Position numbers and translations under genes: made by a program. Shown here piece by piece: positions 21,066 through 28,357 of a DNA stretch of 64,000 nucleotides; the stretch's first letter is position 1; each line of letters begins with the position of its first letter. The DNA comes from Syntrophales bacterium (lineage in GTDB: Bacteria > Desulfobacterota > Syntrophia > Syntrophales > UBA6807). The stretch is taken from positions 800,001-864,000 of the forward strand of contig JAXGPA010000001.1 in NCBI GenBank assembly GCA_040767195.1. The letters run 5' to 3'. The notes under the pieces were generated by a model. That model was not told where the DNA came from. It searched no databases and saw only the letters and a program-made list of their open reading frames with translations.

Positions 21066-22082
21066 TTACTTACCGGTCATCTTTTTCCCCATGAAAAGGG
21101 CCAGGTCTCTCATCCGGCAGGCATATCCGCTTTCGTTGTCATACCAGGAAAAAACCTTCACCAGGTTGCCGTCGATGACATTCGTCAGCGGGGCGTCCAC
21201 GATGGAGGAATAAGGACTGCTGGTGAAATCGACGGAAACAAGCTCTTCCTCGCAAAAGGCCATGTAACCCTTGAGCGGTCCGTTGGCCGCCGCCTTGAGG
21301 GCGTCGTTGACTTCGGCGATGGTGACGTTCCGGCTCACTTCCGCCACAAAATCGACGACGGAAACATTCGGCGTGGGAACCCGGAGGGCGACACCATCCA
21401 TCCTGCCCTTCAGATCGGGAATGACCTCCGTGACCGCCCGGGCCGCCCCCGTTGTCGTGGGAACGATGGACATGGCCGCCGCCCGGGCCCTTCGGAGGTC
21501 CTTGTGAGACCCGTCGAGAAGACGCTGATCCATGGTATAGGCGTGGACGGTGGTCATGAACCCCCGGCTGATCTTGAACGAATCGTGGAGCACCTTTACC
21601 ACCGGGGCCAGACAGTTTGTCGTGCACGAGGCGTTGGACACGATGTGATGTTTCTCCGGATCATAAGACGCTTCATTTACACCCATGACAAACGTGCCGT
21701 CGACTCCCTTGCCGGGTGCCGCGATGATCACCTTTTTCGCCCCCGCGTCGATGTGGCCGGCGCATTCTGCGCGCTTTCGGAACTTGCCCGTCGATTCGAA
21801 AACGATATCCACCCCCATGTCCCCCCAGGGAAGAGCGCTCAGGTCGCCCGTCAGGGATGTAATCATGATTTCACGGCCGTTAACGATCAAGGAGGCGTCC
21901 TTTACCTCCACTTTTCCAGAAAACGGGCCGTGAACCGAATCATACCGGAGAAGATGGGCCAGAATTTCCGGATTGGCCCGGGAGTTGATGGCCATGATCT
22001 CCATATCCTCCCTGTCCACACAGGCTCGAACAAGATACCGCCCCACACGACCGAATCCATTGATCGCCACTCTTACGCGCAC
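21066..22082 (-). CDS. gap: Glyceraldehyde-3-phosphate dehydrogenase (type I)
   Basis: INGFGRVGR, SNASCTTNCLAP, LRRARAAA, WYDNE; GTG start with GGAGG SD. Confidence 0.98.
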   Translation of the reverse strand: MRVRVAINGFGRVGRYLVRACVDREDMEIMAINSRANPEILAHLLRYDSVHGPFSGKVEVKDASLIVNGREIMITSLTGDLSALPWGDMGVDIVFESTGKFRKRAECAGHIDAGAKKVIIAAPGKGVDGTFVMGVNEASYDPEKHHIVSNASCTTNCLAPVVKVLHDSFKISRGFMTTVHAYTMDQRLLDGSHKDLRRARAAAMSIVPTTTGAARAVTEVIPDLKGRMDGVALRVPTPNVSVVDFVAEVSRNVTIAEVNDALKAAANGPLKGYMAFCEEELVSVDFTSSPYSSIVDAPLTNVIDGNLVKVFSWYDNESGYACRMRDLALFMGKKMTGK

Positions 22083-22186
22083 GGTCCACCTCCTTGAAGA
22101 TATCCCAGGGAAAAATTTAGTTAAAAAATTACGCTGAAAATGAAGAACACAAGCGTTTCAATTTGTTATATATCCAAGCACGCCTT

Positions 22187-22215
22187 ATATTATGGAAGCC
22201 CGGCGTATTCGTCAA
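22187..22215 (-). promoter_or_regulatory. Putative sigma70 promoter for gap-tpiA-secG
   Basis: Minus strand TTGACG-N17-TAATAT. Confidence 0.45.
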
Positions 22216-22297
22216 TCATTATTTCTCGCTACCCCGTGACCTTCAGGCATGACCCCGCCGCCCCCGGCGCACATGTTTTCCCAATATTTGTTTTGCC

Positions 22298-22326
22298 TTG
22301 ACAAGGAAGTTTAAAGGGGCTATTAA
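22298..22326 (+). promoter_or_regulatory. Sigma70 promoter of tRNA-Arg
   Basis: TTGACA-N17-TATTAA, 34 nt upstream of the tRNA. Confidence 0.7.
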
Positions 22327-22360
22327 TTTCAATTCTTTAAAGCCGTGTGACATAAATCGT

Positions 22361-22437
<77 letters not shown>

Positions 22438-22445
22438 AGAAAAGC

Positions 22446-22485
22446 AAGGGGTTACGAAAAATATGACGTAACCCCTTTTTATTTT
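22446..22485 (+). terminator. Rho-independent terminator of tRNA-Arg
   Basis: AAGGGGTTACG-loop-CGTAACCCCTT followed by a T-rich tract. Confidence 0.8.
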
Positions 22486-22754
22486 ATGCTGCCCCATAGC
22501 TACCCTTATAGAATGAATTGTGTTAAACAAAAAAGCAGACTTGACCTTCTCGTCTGCACCTGCAAACAGGCAGGTCGTGTAAGCTTACCAAATCATTGAA
22601 TACCGTTTCAAGTCTAACGCGAGTTTCTTTATTCCATGACAAGCAAGAATTCCTTGACAAGTAAGTGCCATAACTTTAAATACATATGACGATTCATTTG
22701 TCTTGCCTGTGTCATGCAATTCTTTGAGCGGCTTTAATGAAGGGGGGCATCGTC

Positions 22755-23061
22755 ATGAAGGCGCTCATGCTTTTATTCCTTACTCATGATCTTTTTTATT
22801 TTTTCGCCGGTTGCTGAGGCCACGGCGTTGGTCTTGCCACAAGGGCAGCCATGGTCAGAAGGGAAGGATCCTTTTATAATGGCATGTTCGGGGGATTCAA
22901 ACTCTTACAATAGTGATCTTTTGGCTGCACAGTACGACGACTATGCAATGCACGGTCTTATCGAATTTGATATTTCTTCTTTCCCTGCCGGCACACCTGT
23001 TCATAGCGCAACCTTGGAATTGAAGGAGTATTATCTTTATAATTCCAAAGTTTTTCTTTAA
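22755..23061 (+). pseudogene. Frameshifted, truncated secreted protein with DNRLRE-like motif
   Basis: ATG 22755 (AGGGGG SD) is one base out of frame with ORF 22786; removing one base gives the signal peptide MKALMLLFLLMIFFIFSPVAEA. GLIEFDISSFPAGTPVHSATLEL resembles DNRLRE-domain proteins; the frame stops right after. Confidence 0.55.
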
Positions 23062-23112
23062 TATGCGACAGGATCAGGAAAGGAAACGAAACATGAAAAA
23101 GGAGAAATCAGT

Positions 23113-23781
23113 ATGAAAAAGAGAAGATACGCCCTGTTTTCTGCCTTGACCCTTTTGATGTTTCTTGTGACGCCTCTAATGGTAAACGGTGCCCAAACGC
23201 CAGGACCTATTTACGGGCCCTTTTATCTTCCTGATTTCGGAACAAACCCAGGATCTGAGCACTATTACCAGATCGTTACAACAGACTATCAGGAATTAAC
23301 TTGGTCACAGGCTGTCGAAGCGGCGGAAAACATACCGCCCTACAAGCCTCACCCCCTGGGACCGACATATTATCCACATCTGGTGACGATTACATCGGAG
23401 GATGAGTGGGATATTATCAAGGATGTCATTTTGAAGGAGGGTGACAATTGGTATTGGCTGGGAGCGACGGATAAAGAAGACGAAGGCACGTGGACTTGGG
23501 TCACCGGTGAGGAATTCAGTATTCAAAAATGGTATGCTCCTGATGAACCGAACGGGGGTACCAGTGAAAATTATCTGGAAGGAAGCTATTCGGGATGGAA
23601 TGATATCGACGACACTGGCAGGGCTTGGGGATATATTGTTGAATATGAGCGTAATGAAAACTCCGCACCGGCCGCCATCCCCACGCTTTCCGGGTGGGGA
23701 ATGATCATTATGTCAATACTGTTGGTGTTGACGGTGATAATATTCATGCATCGAGGGCGTATGGTAAGTCGAAGTAAATGA
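23113..23781 (+). CDS. Secreted C-type lectin domain protein with IPTL-CTERM sorting signal
   Basis: Signal peptide; HYY..LTWSQA..HLVTITSEDE..WLGATD..EGTWTWVTGE..EPN..EN..WND; C-terminal IPTLSGWGMIIMSILL TM helix and basic tail. Confidence 0.88.
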   Translation: MKKRRYALFSALTLLMFLVTPLMVNGAQTPGPIYGPFYLPDFGTNPGSEHYYQIVTTDYQELTWSQAVEAAENIPPYKPHPLGPTYYPHLVTITSEDEWDIIKDVILKEGDNWYWLGATDKEDEGTWTWVTGEEFSIQKWYAPDEPNGGTSENYLEGSYSGWNDIDDTGRAWGYIVEYERNENSAPAAIPTLSGWGMIIMSILLVLTVIIFMHRGRMVSRSK

Positions 23782-24060
23782 CAGGTAAATACCTTGTTGG
23801 TCCCACGCGATGTTAGAATAGGTTGCAGCAAACCTATTCAACATAGGAAGAGAACAACATGGTATTTACACGTCTATTTTCAATAGTCTTGACTTTTTTC
23901 AGAAATCGATAAGATTCAATACAGATGCCTCAAGTCTCCGTCCACGGTTACCCGGACGCATTTCCGTTCTTCCGCAAAATCGAAGCCGGTCCAGATTCCG
24001 AACGCCTTCAGGAGGATTTCCTCGGGATGAAAATTCTTCCGGGTATGACCTCATTATGCC

Positions 24061-24313
24061 TTACAAGACACGCTTCACCCCGGGAATTCCCCGGATCAGA
24101 TGAGCGGAAAGAAAGCAGGCTGGAATGCCTGACACGAGTACCAAAACCAGTCTTGCCAGCGGGAAAAGCGCCGCATGCTCGGAAAGGATCGTAAACCCGA
24201 CCACAATCAGCGGGTGGAAGATGTAGTCCGCCAAAAGCGATGGCCGAATGGTGGACGATGACCAGCGTTATGAGAAAAACCCGAAGCCGGTCGATGTAAT
24301 AGGCGCGTTTCAT
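24061..24313 (-). pseudogene. Internally deleted acyltransferase family 3 (OpgC/MdoC-like) relic
   Basis: N-terminus MKRAYYIDRLRVFLITLVIVHHSAIAFGG joined out of frame at about 24226 to a C-terminus YIFHPLIVVG...IPACFLSAHLIRGIPGVKRVL-stop. Confidence 0.75.
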
Positions 24314-24518
24314 AAAATGATGAAAAAAATGGGACTGAGCTGGCAAAACATTATTTGAGAAGTTTATTTTCAGAGTGGCAAATTACGTAAAACAATAGTA
24401 TTTGTCAAAGGATTACGGGCGCTGCATTCAAGTTCAAGTGTACCTGCCGCGGCATATGGCAAATTTCCGGTTCAGAGAAGACAGAATGTGAGTTTATATT
24501 TATCAATAAGGAGGTTCC

Positions 24519-26030
24519 ATGATGAAGAGGCGTGACTTTATTAAAACCGCTCTTGTTTCCTCCGCCGGTATCGGCGTCATGTTGAAAGGAATCCCCTCCT
24601 GCGCGCGGGGCATACCCGCCTCGGCTTTTACAGGAAGGGCCGGGGTCCGTTGCTATGCCGGAGCGCCTGGCGGGGTAATCCTGACATCGCTGAGCGATTT
24701 TTTCAAGATCGGCCCGGGACCCTCCAGTTCCCACACCATCGCTCCCCTCAGAATCGCCGCCCACTTCAGAGAAACCATGGAGAAGCTTCCCCGGGAGAGC
24801 ACATCCCGGGCGAAACAGATCAGAGCGCGGCTTTACGGCAGCCTGAGCAGTACCGGCAAGGGTCACAGAACCGACCGAGCCATCATCGCCGGCCTCCTCG
24901 GCCAGAGGCCGGAGACCTGCGACACCGGGCTGATGGAGGCGCTCGCCGATGAAACGAAAACATACATCACCACAATCGGCGATGTTGATTTTACGGTCGG
25001 ACACAGCACGATCGTTTGGGACAAGGTGGAACACACCTTTCCCTTTGTCAACACGCTGGTCATGGAGCTCATCGACGAGACGGACGTGGAGGTTTTCTCG
25101 CGGGAATATTACTCCACGGGGGGCGGATTCTTTCAGTGGAAAGGTCAGAAACCAGAGGTCCGGGGCGAACCGCTTTTTCCGTACGGCAGCATGACGGCTT
25201 TCCGCCGCCTGGCGGCGGCCCAGGGCAAAGGGCTCCACGAGATCATCCTGGAAAACGACATGGCCGTTATGGGTGTGGATGAAGGAAAAATACGGGAACA
25301 CCTGGACCTTGTCCTGGAAACCATGGACAAAGGGGTACAGCAGGGTCTTCGTGAGGAAGGGCTGCTGCCGGGGCCCTTCGAATTTCACCGCAAGGCCAAG
25401 CGCATCCACGAGCAGGCGCTGAAAAAGAAAGGCGGCGACAATTTCATGGGAATGCTGAGCAGTTACGCCCTCGCCGTTTCCGAGGGTAACGCCGCCGGCC
25501 GGCTGGCCGTGACGGCGCCCACCCTGGGCTCGGCCGGCACCATACCGGCTGTGGCGTATGTGATGAAACACCACCTGAAGTGTTCCCAGGAAACCATGCG
25601 CAAAGGCCTGCTGGCGGCGGCACTGGTCGGGTTCCTCTGTAAAAACAATGCCAGCGTGGCCGGCGCCGAGGTGGGATGCCAGGGCGAGATCGGTGTCGCC
25701 TCCTCCATGGCCGCCGCCATGATCACTTACGCCCGCACCGCTTCCCTGGAAGCCACCGAGGTGGCCGCGACCATCGCCCTGGAGCATCACCTGGGCATGT
25801 CCTGCGATCCCGTGGGAGGCTTTGTTCTGATTCCCTGTATCGAACGGAACGCTTTCGGGGCCGTCAAGGCCTACAATGCCTATCTCATGGCCACGAGCGA
25901 GATCACTTCTCAGCACTGGGAAGACCTGGACCGGGTCATCGCGGCGATGCTGGAGACAGGGAAAGCCCTGCCGCAGGCTTACCGGGAAATGGGAACCGGC
26001 GGCCTGGGCGTGACGATGGTGGACTGCTAG
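24519..26030 (+). CDS. sdaA: Fe-S-dependent L-serine ammonia-lyase (single chain) with N-terminal twin-arginine signal peptide
   Basis: FKIGPGPSSSHT, YGSLSSTGKGHRTD, YYSTGGGF, GAEVGCQGEIG, EHHLGMSCDPVGG, IPCIERNA; N-terminal KRRDFIK; AAGGAGGT SD. Confidence 0.93.
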   Translation: MMKRRDFIKTALVSSAGIGVMLKGIPSCARGIPASAFTGRAGVRCYAGAPGGVILTSLSDFFKIGPGPSSSHTIAPLRIAAHFRETMEKLPRESTSRAKQIRARLYGSLSSTGKGHRTDRAIIAGLLGQRPETCDTGLMEALADETKTYITTIGDVDFTVGHSTIVWDKVEHTFPFVNTLVMELIDETDVEVFSREYYSTGGGFFQWKGQKPEVRGEPLFPYGSMTAFRRLAAAQGKGLHEIILENDMAVMGVDEGKIREHLDLVLETMDKGVQQGLREEGLLPGPFEFHRKAKRIHEQALKKKGGDNFMGMLSSYALAVSEGNAAGRLAVTAPTLGSAGTIPAVAYVMKHHLKCSQETMRKGLLAAALVGFLCKNNASVAGAEVGCQGEIGVASSMAAAMITYARTASLEATEVAATIALEHHLGMSCDPVGGFVLIPCIERNAFGAVKAYNAYLMATSEITSQHWEDLDRVIAAMLETGKALPQAYREMGTGGLGVTMVDC

Positions 26031-26086
26031 AAAGGGGGCACGTTCTTCGTCCCCTCAGAATCGTTTTTCGAGAAGGTAGTCTTTTT

Positions 26087-26746
26087 TTACTTGTGGGGAT
26101 TTTTTCTCAATTCCGGCTGCATGATCCCCTCCAGAAAGAGCCTTTGCGTTTCGAAAGCGGATTTATCTTCGGACGGGAAAAACCGGAGAATTTTTCCAAA
26201 AGAGATAACCACCCTGGCAAAAGGTTTCGGAAGGAAAAAACTGTCCCAGCTGTTGAAATACCATGCCCTGTCGGCCGAGACGTAGAAAGGAACGATCTCC
26301 GCATGGGCGGCGAGAGCCAGTTGGATCGCCCCCGCTTTGACGTGACCCGCCGGACCTTTCGGCCCGTCAACGATGTGGCCGGCCAACCCTGTTACGGCCA
26401 GACGATCTATCAGCTTCTTCAGGGCTTCCTTGCCACCCCGGGATGAAGAGCCCCGAACCGTGTGCCAGCCGCTTTTTTCGGCCACGCCGGCGATGATATC
26501 TCCGTCGGCGCTTTTGCTGATCATGAGGGAAGGGTTAAAGCCCCTGTAATTCTGAAAATGCCTTATGGCGACAAAGAACTGCTGATGCCAGGCACACAAA
26601 AGAACCCGTCCGCCGCTCCTGCAGTGATCCATCCATTCGTTCTCATTTTCGACTTTCATGTGAAAGGTTGAACTGTAGAAACGAATAAACCGGTAGAAAA
26701 GAGTGTGAAACAGCCTTGTCTTGACGATGCTCCTGAGGTTCAGCAT
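26087..26746 (-). CDS. DUF374 lysophospholipid-acyltransferase-family protein (LpxJ-like)
   Basis: CAWH, MISKSADGDIIA, VRGSSSRGGKEAL, VDGPKGP, SWDSFFLPKPFAR. Confidence 0.85.
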   Translation of the reverse strand: MLNLRSIVKTRLFHTLFYRFIRFYSSTFHMKVENENEWMDHCRSGGRVLLCAWHQQFFVAIRHFQNYRGFNPSLMISKSADGDIIAGVAEKSGWHTVRGSSSRGGKEALKKLIDRLAVTGLAGHIVDGPKGPAGHVKAGAIQLALAAHAEIVPFYVSADRAWYFNSWDSFFLPKPFARVVISFGKILRFFPSEDKSAFETQRLFLEGIMQPELRKNPHK

Positions 26747-26795
26747 TTACAAGAGTTCCTATCGCTTCACAAGTTGAGAAGATCTTTTGAGGGGT

Positions 26796-26829
26796 TCGAA
26801 CATCCGGGCACGCGAGCCCGGATGTTCGA
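26796..26829. terminator. 14-bp perfect hairpin downstream of the RND operon
   Basis: TCGAACATCCGGGC-ACGCGA-GCCCGGATGTTCGA; no clear U-tract. Confidence 0.45.
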
Positions 26830-26889
26830 GCATCGTTATCGGGGTTGAAAGGAGGGTGACTTTCGGTCTTTTTCCTGCCGGGATAATCA

Positions 26890-28356
26890 TCAATGGCCTT
26901 CTTCCGGCCCGCTGTCTCTATTTTCCCGGTATGCCTGTCCGGATGGCGTTGCTGATGGCTCCAGTGCTTCCACTTCCCAGCCGCCGCCCATGGATTTGTA
27001 GAGATTGACCATGGCGCGGAAAAGGGTTCCCTTGGTCTGGACGTACGTGAGTTCCATGTTGAAGAGGTTCCTGTCCGCGTCGAGAACTTCCAGATAACTG
27101 CTGTAGCCGTTTTCGTAACGGAGCCTGGCCAGGTCCCTGTATGATCGCAGGGCTTCGACTTGAGCCGCCTGGGCCTCCATGATCTCCCGGGTCTTTCGCT
27201 GGTCGACCAGGTTGTCTTCGACTTCCCGAAAGGCCTCCTGCACGGACTGCCGGTATCGGATCAGGGCCTGTTCCTGAATGGCCTCCGTCGCCTTTTCCTG
27301 GCCGTAGAGACGGCCGGCCATGAAAATCGGCATCGTGATCGTTCCGCCGAAATTCCATGCCTGGGCAGGCCCGGTGAAGAGATTGGAAAGGTCGGTGCTG
27401 ATGGAGCCGAACATGCCGGTCAGGGAGATGGACGGAAAATAGGCGGCCCGGGCGACGCCGATACGGGCGTTCGCGGCGATCAGGTCCTGTTCGGCCTGCC
27501 TGATGTCGGGGCGGCGCTCCAGGACGTCCGAGGGCAGACCTGCCGGCACTTCCGGCACGACGAGCTCGTTGATGGACCTGCCCCTCTTCACCGGTCCCGG
27601 ATTGCGGCCCAGCAGGAAGTTCAGGGCGTTTTCCCCCTGGTAGATTGTTTTTTCGATCTTCGGTATGGCCGCCCTGGCGCTTTCATACTCCGATTTCACC
27701 TGGCTCAGTTCGAGTTCCGAAACCACGCCCCCGGCAAACCGCATGTTGAAAAGATCCAGCGATTCCTTGCGCGTTTCCACGGTCCTCCGGGCGATTTCCA
27801 ACTGCCGGTCCAGATCCCTCAGATCGATATAGCTGCCCGCCACGGTGGCCGCCAGGGAAAGAAGAACGGCACGGCGGGACTCTTCCTTTGCAAGGAGGTC
27901 CGCCCGGGCCGCTTCCGTGGCCCGCCTCAGTTTCCCCCAGAGGTCGATCTCCCAGCTCGCGTTCAGGTCGGCCTGGTAGGTGCTGTACTCCGGTGACAGC
28001 CCCGGCTGCCATCCCGTGATTCCTTCCTGTGTCGCCCGCTGTCTCGCCGCGGCGGCCCCCGCGCCGGCCTGGGGAAAAAGATTTCCCCGGGTGGCCATGT
28101 ATCTTCCCCGGTATTCCTCTATCCGGGCGGCGGCGATGAGTAAATCCTTGTTGTCCTTCAAGGCGGTTTCGATCATTTCGTTCAGCACGGGATCGCCGAA
28201 CTGCTCCCACCAGCGGGCGTTTACGGATGCCCCGGCGTCCTTCTCCTCGAAACGCCAGGCCTGGGGTGTGTCCACGTCAGGCCGGCTGTAATCGGGCCCG
28301 ACGGCGCACGCAGTAAGGATGAGGGCGGCCAGAGCGGCAGCAAGCGGCCTTTTCAT
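26890..28356 (-). CDS. RND efflux outer membrane lipoprotein (OprM/NodT family)
   Basis: Lipobox LTAC-AVGPDY, WEIDLWGKLRR, LERRPDIRQAE, LYKSMGGGW. Confidence 0.95.
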   Translation of the reverse strand: MKRPLAAALAALILTACAVGPDYSRPDVDTPQAWRFEEKDAGASVNARWWEQFGDPVLNEMIETALKDNKDLLIAAARIEEYRGRYMATRGNLFPQAGAGAAAARQRATQEGITGWQPGLSPEYSTYQADLNASWEIDLWGKLRRATEAARADLLAKEESRRAVLLSLAATVAGSYIDLRDLDRQLEIARRTVETRKESLDLFNMRFAGGVVSELELSQVKSEYESARAAIPKIEKTIYQGENALNFLLGRNPGPVKRGRSINELVVPEVPAGLPSDVLERRPDIRQAEQDLIAANARIGVARAAYFPSISLTGMFGSISTDLSNLFTGPAQAWNFGGTITMPIFMAGRLYGQEKATEAIQEQALIRYRQSVQEAFREVEDNLVDQRKTREIMEAQAAQVEALRSYRDLARLRYENGYSSYLEVLDADRNLFNMELTYVQTKGTLFRAMVNLYKSMGGGWEVEALEPSATPSGQAYRENRDSGPEEGH

Positions 28357-28357
28357 A

